Below, piece after piece: positions 9,686 through 17,750 of a DNA stretch of 64,000 nucleotides. A program made the position numbers and the translations under genes. The notes below the pieces were generated by a model. The model saw only the letters and a list, made by a program, of their open reading frames with translations. It ran no database searches and was not told the origin of the DNA. The stretch is from Myxococcota bacterium (GTDB lineage: Bacteria; Myxococcota_A; UBA796; UBA2385): contig JBIJDH010000008.1 of the NCBI GenBank assembly GCA_044344255.1, positions 160,001 through 224,000 of the forward strand, written 5' to 3'. Position 1 is the stretch's first letter; the number at the start of each line of letters is the position of its first letter.

Positions 9686-11606
9686 GGCCCACCGGGGCGC
9701 GGCCGCTGAGCAGCGCGGCCTGGGAGATGCCCCGCACCGCGGCCACCCGCACCCGGCCGTCGCGATCGCGCAGCATCCCGGCGAGGGTCTTGAGCGCGGC
9801 GGCCTCTCCGACACGGCCGAGCGCGGCGGCGGCGGCGGCGCGCACCCCGGCGTCGGGGTCGGTCAGGAGGGAGCGGGCCTGGGCCTCCCAGTCTCGGCGG
9901 CCGAGGAGCTCGATGGCGAGGGCCGCGCCGCGCCCCCAGGCCGGGCCACCGCCGGCGCGGTAGTCGGTGACCGCGCGCTGGAGCACCGGCGCGGAGAGGC
10001 GGAGGAGCTCGTTGACGAGGCGCCCCCGGTCGGCGGGGCGGACCACGGCGAGCAGGCGCAGGAGGTCCTCCACGTCGGGGGGCATGGCGTCGGGGAGGGC
10101 CTCCTCCGGCACCGGCCACCAGACGGGCCCCTGCTTCGGTCCCACCTCGAAGCCCTGTGCGACCGGGCGGCGGAAGGGCCGCGGCGCCACGTTCTGCACC
10201 ACCGGCTGCCGGCCGCTGATGCCGGGGGAGGTGGGGGGATCGGCGAAGAGGTCATCGAGGGACATGGCGCTGCTCGCCTGCCCGGTGGCGCCCCGGGCGC
10301 CGACGATCGGCCCACCGGCGAGGCGCCCGGCCGGCGGGGCGCTGCTGTGGAGGAGGAGGCCCTCGGAGCGAGCGGCGGGCACCGTCTCTCGGATGAAGGT
10401 GGGCGCGGCGGCGGTGCTGCTACGGCGGGCCCGCTCCGGGGCGGCCGCAGGGGCTGGCTCCGGGGCGGTGGCCTGCGCGGCGACCGGCACAGCGACCGGC
10501 GCAGCGGCCGCTGGGACGTAAGCGCCGACGAGGGTGGGGGCGGCGCTCGGCACACCCGGCGGGGCCGCGGCGGGGAGCGGCGCAGACGGAGGCACGAAGC
10601 GCGGCGCCGGCGGAGCGGGGCGGACCTCGAGCACGAAGTCGAGGAAGGCGCTCGCGTGCTCCACCGTCCAGCGCTCCTCCGCGCGGGCCCGCATGGTGCC
10701 CTGGATGAACTCGGAGAGGAGGGCCCCCTTCTTCGAGAGGGCGACGGGCCCCGCCAGCTTCGGGGGGAGGGTCGCCCGGAGGAGGTCGAAGTACTCCTCC
10801 AGGTCGGCGTCCGGGGGCAGATCGAGGGGCGGTCGGCCGGTGAGCAGGAACCAGCAGACCGCTCCGGCGGAGAAGAGGTCGGAGGCGGTGGTGGCCGACT
10901 CGCCGATGAACTGCTCCGGCGCCGCGTACTGCGGCGTGCCGATGAAGGCCCCCTGGCGGGTCATCCCCGAGGCGAGGCCCCGCTGCACCTTGGCGATGCC
11001 GAAGTCAGCGATCCGGATGGCCGGGATCTCCAGCCGCCCGACCGGCCGCCGCAGGAGGACGTTGGCCGGCTTGAGGTCGCGGTGGACGATGTCCTTGGCG
11101 TGGGCGACCGAGAGGGCCTCGAGGATCTGCCGCACGATGCCGGCGACGGTCCAGGGCGGCAGCGGCCCGCTCTTCTCGACCAGCTCTTCCAGGGTGCCGC
11201 CCGCCTCGAAGCGGGTCACGAGGTAGGGCGCCTCCCCTTGCCGCTGGACGAAGGCCAGACACTCGACGATGTGGTCGTGCGCCAGGTCGCGGAGGATCTG
11301 CGCCTCCGTGGCGAGCCTCCGCAGGAAGGCCCCGCTGTCCCGCTGCGGGTGGAGCACCTTGATGGCGAGATCGGGCGGCTGGGGCTGATCGTCGGCGTCC
11401 AGCTCCCGCGCGTGGTAGGTCACGCCGGCGCCGCCCAGGGCGAGGGCCCGGATGACCCGGTAGCGCCGATCAAGGAGGTCCCCCTCCCCATAGAGGCGGG
11501 ACCAGCCCGCGAGGGGGCGACGACACCGACAGCCGAGGCTGGGGCAGAGCTCGCCGTCCGCCTCGAAGGTGTTCAGACAACGCGGGCAGTAGAAGGATGA
11601 GGACAT
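9597..11606 (-). CDS. Ser/Thr protein kinase with N-terminal Cys zinc ribbon and C-terminal HEAT repeats
   Basis: CPRC..CPSLGC, AIK, HRDLKPAN, DFG and GTPQYAAPE motifs, followed by HEAT-like DPDAGVRAAAAAALG repeats. Confidence 0.92.
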   Translation of the reverse strand: MSSSFYCPRCLNTFEADGELCPSLGCRCRRPLAGWSRLYGEGDLLDRRYRVIRALALGGAGVTYHARELDADDQPQPPDLAIKVLHPQRDSGAFLRRLATEAQILRDLAHDHIVECLAFVQRQGEAPYLVTRFEAGGTLEELVEKSGPLPPWTVAGIVRQILEALSVAHAKDIVHRDLKPANVLLRRPVGRLEIPAIRIADFGIAKVQRGLASGMTRQGAFIGTPQYAAPEQFIGESATTASDLFSAGAVCWFLLTGRPPLDLPPDADLEEYFDLLRATLPPKLAGPVALSKKGALLSEFIQGTMRARAEERWTVEHASAFLDFVLEVRPAPPAPRFVPPSAPLPAAAPPGVPSAAPTLVGAYVPAAAAPVAVPVAAQATAPEPAPAAAPERARRSSTAAAPTFIRETVPAARSEGLLLHSSAPPAGRLAGGPIVGARGATGQASSAMSLDDLFADPPTSPGISGRQPVVQNVAPRPFRRPVAQGFEVGPKQGPVWWPVPEEALPDAMPPDVEDLLRLLAVVRPADRGRLVNELLRLSAPVLQRAVTDYRAGGGPAWGRGAALAIELLGRRDWEAQARSLLTDPDAGVRAAAAAALGRVGEAAALKTLAGMLRDRDGRVRVAAVRGISQAALLSGRAPVGLTLVRAAEDDPEPRVREAAEYAVLELERG

Positions 11607-11620
11607 GGAGCCCTCACCCT

Positions 11621-11645
11621 ACCACTCTGAACCCGACCACTCTGA
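11621..11645. repeat. Direct repeat ACCACTCTGA x2 (15-bp period) in a short intergenic gap
   Basis: Copies at 11621-11630 and 11636-11645. Confidence 0.7.
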
Positions 11646-11648
11646 GGC

Positions 11649-12362
11649 TCAGACGACCGCCGGGCCGATGTACCGGACCGCCACGATGCGGGCGCCCGGG
11701 TAACGGCCGGCCAGGACGGCGGTCGCGTGGGAGGTGGCGGCGGAGATGTCGGTGGAGACGATGAGGAAGTCCTCCGACTCCCCCTCGAGCGCGATCGAGA
11801 AGCCATGGAGCCCACCCGTGACGGTCGCCCGAGCGGGCGCCGGGGCGCGCACCGCGGCGGGGGCGGCCTGCACCGGCGCCGAAGCCACGGGAGCCTCCAC
11901 CACGGCCTCCGACTCCGCCTCGTCGGCGCCCTCGGGGGCTCCGTCGCGCCAGAGGGCGGGGATCTCGTGCCGACGACGGAACGCACGAACGTTCTGAGCG
12001 GTCACACCGGCGCGGACCGCGATCTCGGCGTCGGGCACGACGCCGAGCTGCGTGAGGAAGGGGTCGAGCAGCGACTTCCTGCGAAGGGGGGCGCCCTTGT
12101 CGGCAGACGGCGCGGCGGCGGCGGCCGGCGCGGCGGCGGCAGCGGCGGCGCGCGCGGCCCGACCGCCCGACTTCTTGGCCGGCGCCGGCTCCCGAAACCC
12201 GAACTTGTGACCTTCGTAGCCGTCGATGCCGATGCGACGCCGGTAGCGGCCCACCGTCGGCGGCGTGGTCCCCGCCATCTGGGCGAGCTCGTGGTCGGGC
12301 AGCTTGCCCATGAGGTGCTTGAGGGCGTCCAGCTCGGGATAGTTCTTCGGCTTGCGAGGCAT
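11649..12362 (-). CDS. Hypothetical DNA-binding protein with two HTH-like repeats and Ala/Pro/Lys-rich linkers
   Basis: Repeats LMGKLPDHELAQMAGTTPPTVGRYRRRIGI and QLGVVPDAEIAVRAGVTAQNVRAFRRRHEI, with a PAKK linker. Confidence 0.75.
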   Translation of the reverse strand: MPRKPKNYPELDALKHLMGKLPDHELAQMAGTTPPTVGRYRRRIGIDGYEGHKFGFREPAPAKKSGGRAARAAAAAAAPAAAAAPSADKGAPLRRKSLLDPFLTQLGVVPDAEIAVRAGVTAQNVRAFRRRHEIPALWRDGAPEGADEAESEAVVEAPVASAPVQAAPAAVRAPAPARATVTGGLHGFSIALEGESEDFLIVSTDISAATSHATAVLAGRYPGARIVAVRYIGPAVV

Positions 12363-12557
12363 TGTGTGTTCCGTCTGCTCGGTTCTGGAGGGGCGGCTGT
12401 TCCTACCACATCTACGATCAGAGGTCGATAGGCTGTGCGGGTATCAGGATCTTTCGAATAACAACTTCGTCATGCCCTCTCCCTTCCTGAAATGCAAGGT
12501 CACCCGCCGTCGCGCCCAAATTTCGAGCCACGAATCAAGGGAGACCGGTCGTTTCAC

Positions 12558-12673
12558 GTTCCGGGTAGCTCCTTGAGGATAGACGAACAACGTCGGCCTC
12601 AAAGCAGCCAGTTCATGACCGGAAGATCCTACAACAGGTCGAGGGGTCGGTTCAATCCTCCCCCCGGGACACC
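12558..12673 (+). ncRNA. Candidate tRNA-like/structured ncRNA (unassigned)
   Basis: 8-bp terminal stem GTTCCGGG/CCCGGGAC followed by ACC; TAGCTC..GGATAGA D-arm-like start; AGGTC-GAGGG..GGTTCAATCCTC T-arm-like end; internal stems GAAC/GTTC, GGC/GCC and GACC/GGTC. Not a canonical tRNA. Confidence 0.35.
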
Positions 12674-12744
12674 GCTTCAAAACTTTCGGCAAGCGGACGG
12701 ACAAAGGCGGCCAGGGCGGAGCTCCCCCGCCGTGGCCTGCACGC

Positions 12745-13098
12745 TCACCAGTAGTCAGCCGTGCAGAACACCGAGCCCTCGAGGCCCACCACCCGGCTCA
12801 TGCAGGAGAGGCGCATCCGCGAATCCACCCGGTTCCGAGACTTGAGCTCGGCCTCCGCGTCGCTCTCTGCAGACAGCAGCCCGCGTCCTGCGAGCACCCG
12901 GAGCCCGCACTGGCCGCAGAGGCCCTCCGCCGCGCAAGCGTGACCGATGGGCAGCCCGAGCCGCCTCGCCGCCGAAAACAGGCTTGTACCCCACTGAACT
13001 TCGATGGAAGGCCCAGCGAGCGCGGACACGTCCGCCGCTCCGCCCGCCTCCGGGAGGAGGGAGCGACCGCCTGCGGGAAAGTACACACGAACCGGCAT
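12745..13098 (-). CDS. 2Fe-2S ferredoxin
   Basis: HACAAEGLCGQC (C-x5-C-x2-C) and RLSC motifs. Confidence 0.88.
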   Translation of the reverse strand: MPVRVYFPAGGRSLLPEAGGAADVSALAGPSIEVQWGTSLFSAARRLGLPIGHACAAEGLCGQCGLRVLAGRGLLSAESDAEAELKSRNRVDSRMRLSCMSRVVGLEGSVFCTADYW

Positions 13099-13169
13099 CA
13101 GCGGCCCCGGATAACGCGCCGTCCGGGCTCCAGCCCCGACAATCGGAGAGGCGGGGGTTATCGGCGGAG

Positions 13170-14621
13170 ATGCCCACCCACACTCGCATCACCCTCCTCG
13201 ATCGCGACCACTCACCTCCCGTGGGGGCCTGCAACCTCATCTTCGGCAGGCGGGCCGCGCTACACACCTCTGAATGGAGGGAGAAGTTTGGGATCTCCGC
13301 CGAGACCTGGGCGGCGATGCTGAACGCGACGCCCGGCGGAGACAGCGGCGCCTGCACGTCGACCTGGATCGACGACAAACAAGTGCTGATCGGGGTCTTG
13401 CCCGAGGCCTGCTCCCGCCACAACAGCCCCACACGCGCCTGGGCCATCCCCGACCTCGTCCGTCGGGTCCGACCCCGCGGAGACGCACTGATCATCGGCC
13501 TCATCGAAGACGAGGCTCACGCTCCCGCCGTGGCGATGGCGGTGGCCCGAGCCCTGCCGCTCTACCAGCAGAGCAGCGGGGCCCGCTCCGAGCGGGTCGT
13601 CCGGCTCGGTCTCTTCGGCCCCAACGGCCTCGTCGACGATCCGTCCCTGCAGCACGGGATCGACGCCGTGCGCGACGCCGCCCGCCTCGGTGACATGCCA
13701 ACCCTCGAGCTCGGCCCAAGCGCCCTCGTGATGGAGGCCCGCGCCGTCGCCCAGGCGCTCGGCGTCTCCATCGAGGTCATCGAAGGGGAGGCCCTCCGCG
13801 ACCAGGGCTTCGGCGGCCTCTGGCACGTCGGGAAGGCCGCCCGCCAGCCCCCCGCCCTCGTCGCGCTGCGCTGGCGGCCCGAAGGCGCCCGCCGGCACGT
13901 GGCCTGGGTGGGCAAGGGGATCGTCTACGACACAGGCGGCCTCAGCATCAAGGCCAAGACGGCGATGCCGTCGATGAAGGGCGATATGGCGGGGGCCGCG
14001 GCGGTGCTGTACGCCTTCCGCGCCGCGGTGCTCGCCCGCCCCGACTTCTCGATCACGGCGGTCCTCTGCATCGCCGAGAACGCCGTGGGTCCAGACGCCC
14101 TCCGACCGGACGACATCATCACCCTGCGCTCCGGTCGGACGGTCGAGGTGAACAACACGGACGCCGAGGGGCGCCTGGTCCTGGCAGACGGCGTCTATTG
14201 GGTTTCAAAGACCGAAAGTCCCGATCTGGTGATCGACATCGCGACCCTGACCGGCGCGGTGCTCCAGTCGACGGGGAAGGTCCACGCCGGGGTGGTCTCG
14301 AATACGGAGATAGTCGAGATCGCTGCGACCCGCGCGGGCCTAATCTCCGGAGAGACTTGCTTTCCCCTCCTCTATGCGCCAGAGCTCTTACGCAAGGAGT
14401 TCAAAAGCGTGGTTGCTGACATGAAAAACTCGGTTAAGGACCGAAATAATTCTCAATCGTCCTGCGCCGCAATCTTCGTCGCCGCCCACCTCCCGGACCC
14501 CGCTCCACCCTGGCTCCACATCGACATCGCCGGCACCGCCTGGGACGGGGAGCGACGGCTGACCGGCTGGGGGGTGGGCCTCCTCCTGGCCCTTGGCGCC
14601 GGCCCCGGCCCGGGCGAATGA
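13170..14621 (+). CDS. Leucyl aminopeptidase family M17 (NPEPL1-like subtype)
   Basis: GKGIVYDTGG, MKGDMAG, NTDAEGRL, DIATLTG and WLHIDIAG motifs are intact. Confidence 0.93.
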   Translation: MPTHTRITLLDRDHSPPVGACNLIFGRRAALHTSEWREKFGISAETWAAMLNATPGGDSGACTSTWIDDKQVLIGVLPEACSRHNSPTRAWAIPDLVRRVRPRGDALIIGLIEDEAHAPAVAMAVARALPLYQQSSGARSERVVRLGLFGPNGLVDDPSLQHGIDAVRDAARLGDMPTLELGPSALVMEARAVAQALGVSIEVIEGEALRDQGFGGLWHVGKAARQPPALVALRWRPEGARRHVAWVGKGIVYDTGGLSIKAKTAMPSMKGDMAGAAAVLYAFRAAVLARPDFSITAVLCIAENAVGPDALRPDDIITLRSGRTVEVNNTDAEGRLVLADGVYWVSKTESPDLVIDIATLTGAVLQSTGKVHAGVVSNTEIVEIAATRAGLISGETCFPLLYAPELLRKEFKSVVADMKNSVKDRNNSQSSCAAIFVAAHLPDPAPPWLHIDIAGTAWDGERRLTGWGVGLLLALGAGPGPGE

Positions 14622-16804
14622 GGGCCCCATCCCACCGGCCCCTCGGGCCGCGTGGCGACGGAGCGCGAGCGGATGGCCCGTGGATGGACCGCCTGCGAGC
14701 CCTGCTGCTCGCCCTGCTCGTGGCGACGGGCCTCTGCGGCCCCGCGAACGGGGGCGAGGGACCGGAGGCGGTCGGGGCAGGGCCCGGCGCGAGCCCGACC
14801 GAGCCCGCGCCCCTGGCGCGGGAGGGAGAACGAATGGGGGACGCGACGGTCGCCGGGCTGGTCGAGCACCGCGAGTTCGTGCGGATCCTCCTCCGCCTCG
14901 CGGACGGCCGCAGCCTCGCGGTCGAGATCAAGCCCCTCGAGATCGGCCACCGCCCCGCCTGCGCCGTGGGGGAGCTCGGCGTCTACCCGCGCTGGGAGCA
15001 GCTCGGAGAGGCCGTGGAGATCGAGGCCCAGCCCCCAGGGGTCCTCGCGGTCTGCGAGCGGCTCCGAGCGCAGGCCGGGGAGCTCCGCCTACGGAGGGCG
15101 CCGGCCGACGTGCCCTACACCGCCAGCCCCGACGAGGCGCCCGCTCCGGCCTCCATCCGCACCGCAGAGGGCGGGCTCCCGGTCCGCGGGCTCCTCATCG
15201 GGGTGGTTCTCTCCATCGGCCTCGGCGGCCTGCTCGGGGTGGTCCGCGCGCTCCAGGCGCTGCGCGGGGATCGACCCGGCCTCCGCGACCTCGCCCTCGT
15301 CTCCGCGATCTCCCTGGGCGCCCGCCTGCTCCTCTCCCCGCGTACGGTCTTCATCGGGCCCGACGCCGGCTATGAGGCCCTCACGATCGGCTGGGGAACG
15401 CCGGGGGTCCACCCGCTCTACGGCGGGGGCTTCGGGGCCCTCATGGCGCCCGCCGCCTCGCTCTGGCCGCAGTCGGCGAGCGCGCTCTTCACCACCCAGC
15501 TCTGTGTCGCGAGCCTCGCGGCGCCGCTGCTGTTTGGCCTCGTGCGGCTCTGCCTCCCTGGCCCGACCGGTCGTTTCCCCGCCCTCGTCGCCGGCCTCGC
15601 CCTCGCCCTCCTCCCGGTCCACCTCCGGCTGAGCGCCACCGAGGTGATGACGCTGCCGCTGCCCACCCTCGAGCTCGGCGCCCTCGTCGCCGCCGCGGTC
15701 GTCCTCCGCGGGGGGAGCCCTGCCTGGGCCCTGCTCTCGGCGCTCTGCACCGGCCTCGTCCCCAACGTCCGCCCCGAGGCCGCCACCTTCCTGCCGGTGG
15801 GCCTGGGCGCCCTCCTCTACGCGCTCCATCGCCGTCGCGGCGAGCCTGCGGTCTGGCTCTCCGTCGGGGTGGCCTCCGCGGTCGGCCTCACCCTCTTCGC
15901 GCTCCGCTTCACCGCCCTGCCCCCGCTCGACGAAGGCGGGCCCACCAGCCTCTCCCGTATGTTCTCGCTGCGCACGCTGGGTGACGTCCTCCTGCCCACC
16001 CTCGCCGCCCCCTCCCCGGTCGGGCACGCCGGGCAGGTCTTCCTCAACCCCCGCTACACCCCCGCCCTCCTCCCGCTGCTCGCCGTCGCGGCCCTCTGGA
16101 GCCCGCGCCGCCGCCTCGTATCCGCGACCTGCGGCTGGCTCTTGTTCATGCTGCTTCCCGTGCTCCCCAAGGACAGCCCCACCGCCGACGCCTGGCGCCT
16201 CCAGCTCCCCGCCCTCGTCCCCGGCCTGTTGCTCAGCGCCCTCGGCGCCGAGGAGGTGGTGCGCCGCCACACCGCGCGCGTTCGGCCCGCCCTGCTCGGC
16301 GGGCTCCTCCTCCTCCCGCTGGCCTGGGTGCCGTGGATCCGTCAGCCCTGGGCCACGCACGCCGAGTGGGCGCTGCTCCAGGAGGCGCTGCCCACCCTCC
16401 CGGCCAACACCACCCTCCTCGTCGCCGATCGCGGCTCCCACCCCGAGAAGGTGATCGAGGTGCTCAGCGCCCTCGCCCCGCAGCTCGCCGTCGAGCCGAT
16501 GAGCCCCTGGCTGGCCCGTCCGGGGCCGCACCAGAGCACCTTCGCCTGGGTGGGGGTGGTCTGCCACCTCGCGCGCGTCCCGGGCCGGGAGAAGGAGCTG
16601 GCGGCCAACCCCTGCGCCGGGCTCCAGGAGCGGTGTCGCCTGACCCCCTGGAAGATCGCAGAGACCGAAGCGTGGGGCGACACCGACCTCGAGTTCGACG
16701 CTCCACACCTCTCGATCGGCCTCTACCGCATCGACGCCTGCACCGCCCCCGGCAGCGCGCCGCCCGTCGCCGCGCCGTCGCCTGGACCGGAGACAGCGGG
16801 TTAG
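14618..16804 (+). CDS. Polytopic membrane protein, probable GT-C (ArnT/PMT-like) glycosyltransferase
   Basis: About 10 TM helices, LLPVHLRLSATE and NVRPE loops resembling GT-C families, and Cys-containing extracytoplasmic domains at both ends. Alternative start at 14684. Confidence 0.55.
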   Translation: MRAPSHRPLGPRGDGARADGPWMDRLRALLLALLVATGLCGPANGGEGPEAVGAGPGASPTEPAPLAREGERMGDATVAGLVEHREFVRILLRLADGRSLAVEIKPLEIGHRPACAVGELGVYPRWEQLGEAVEIEAQPPGVLAVCERLRAQAGELRLRRAPADVPYTASPDEAPAPASIRTAEGGLPVRGLLIGVVLSIGLGGLLGVVRALQALRGDRPGLRDLALVSAISLGARLLLSPRTVFIGPDAGYEALTIGWGTPGVHPLYGGGFGALMAPAASLWPQSASALFTTQLCVASLAAPLLFGLVRLCLPGPTGRFPALVAGLALALLPVHLRLSATEVMTLPLPTLELGALVAAAVVLRGGSPAWALLSALCTGLVPNVRPEAATFLPVGLGALLYALHRRRGEPAVWLSVGVASAVGLTLFALRFTALPPLDEGGPTSLSRMFSLRTLGDVLLPTLAAPSPVGHAGQVFLNPRYTPALLPLLAVAALWSPRRRLVSATCGWLLFMLLPVLPKDSPTADAWRLQLPALVPGLLLSALGAEEVVRRHTARVRPALLGGLLLLPLAWVPWIRQPWATHAEWALLQEALPTLPANTTLLVADRGSHPEKVIEVLSALAPQLAVEPMSPWLARPGPHQSTFAWVGVVCHLARVPGREKELAANPCAGLQERCRLTPWKIAETEAWGDTDLEFDAPHLSIGLYRIDACTAPGSAPPVAAPSPGPETAG

Positions 16805-16833
16805 CTCGGCGTCCCGAAGCAATAGGGGCACCG

Positions 16834-17709
16834 ATGTCGATCCGCACCTCTGATCTCCCCCTCCTCGCCTGCCCGGACACCCACGGCCCGCTCTCCTGGC
16901 GGGGCACCAACGTCGAGCTCGAGCTCCAGGACGGCGTGCTCGTCTCCGAGCGCAGCGGGCTGGCCTGGTGCGTGGAGGAGGGCTGGGTCCGCCTCTGCCG
17001 TGAGCCGGCCGTGAAGGGCAAGAAGGCCCTGCTGCACCGGATCTACGACACGCTCCCGAAGCTGCACGACCCCCTGGTGAGCGGCACGCTGCCCCTCTTC
17101 CAAGGCAAGGGCACCGAGCGGGAGCTCCGCTCCGCCGCCCTCGATCGCCTCGACCTCGGCGCCCTCAAGAGCGCCGGCTCCGGCGCGCGAGTGCGCATCC
17201 TCGAGGTGGGGGTGGGCTCGGGAGCCAACCTCCCCTACATCCTCGAGCGCCTGCCCGACGGCCTCCTGGTCGAGATCTGGGGCGTCGACATCTCGATTGG
17301 GATGCTGGAGCGGGCGAAGGCGCGGGTAAAGCAGGACGACATGCTGCGCCCGATCACCCGCCTGTTGATGGCCGACGCCGCCCTCTTGCCCTTCGCAGAC
17401 CAGACCTTCGATCGTGTCTTCCACATCGGCGGCATCGGCGGAATGGCCGATCCCGGGCGCGCCCTCGCCGAGCTCGGCCGGGTGGCCAAGGCCGGCACAC
17501 CGATCGTCGTCGTCGACGAGCAGCGCGACCCCGCTGCCCCGCTCAACCCGCTCCAGGCCCTCGCCTTCAAGGCCATCACCTTCTACGACGAGGCGCCGGC
17601 CTCACCCAAGGCCCTGCTCCCGAAGGGGGCCGTGGGCGTGAAGGATGAGCAGATCAGCCCCTTCTACTACTGCCTCAGCTACCGGATGGAGGGGCCGCGC
17701 GCCGCCTAG
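16834..17709 (+). CDS. Class I SAM-dependent methyltransferase with N-terminal Trm112-like domain
   Basis: LLACPDTHGPL N-terminus; ILEVGVGSG, GVDISIGML and LPFADQTFDRV motifs. Confidence 0.88.
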   Translation: MSIRTSDLPLLACPDTHGPLSWRGTNVELELQDGVLVSERSGLAWCVEEGWVRLCREPAVKGKKALLHRIYDTLPKLHDPLVSGTLPLFQGKGTERELRSAALDRLDLGALKSAGSGARVRILEVGVGSGANLPYILERLPDGLLVEIWGVDISIGMLERAKARVKQDDMLRPITRLLMADAALLPFADQTFDRVFHIGGIGGMADPGRALAELGRVAKAGTPIVVVDEQRDPAAPLNPLQALAFKAITFYDEAPASPKALLPKGAVGVKDEQISPFYYCLSYRMEGPRAA

Positions 17710-17750
17710 GCGCCCCGCCCCCGGTCGTTCAGCCCCCCCCTCCCGGTCGC

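Noticed and set aside
12550..12565. parS-like GTTTCACGT
   Set aside because: Only one half of the 16-bp palindrome matches, and there is no second site or parAB.
12595..12630. SRP RNA-like words (AAGCAGCC, ACCGGAAG) and 6S-like GGTTCAA
   Set aside because: The SRP words are in the wrong order, and the element is too short and lacks the two-sided central bubble of 6S.
12558..12673. Calling the element a bona fide tRNA-Sec (selC)
   Set aside because: The anticodon arm, D-stem and T-loop do not meet canonical geometry, and no selA/selB/selD is in the window.
12352..12845. Small ORFs in the AT-richer intergenic region
   Set aside because: Atypical codon usage, no recognisable motifs and mutual overlaps.
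14184..14471. DGR variable region as the cause of the A/T-rich patch
   Set aside because: No template repeat or reverse transcriptase is in the window, and conserved catalytic-domain motifs are preserved.
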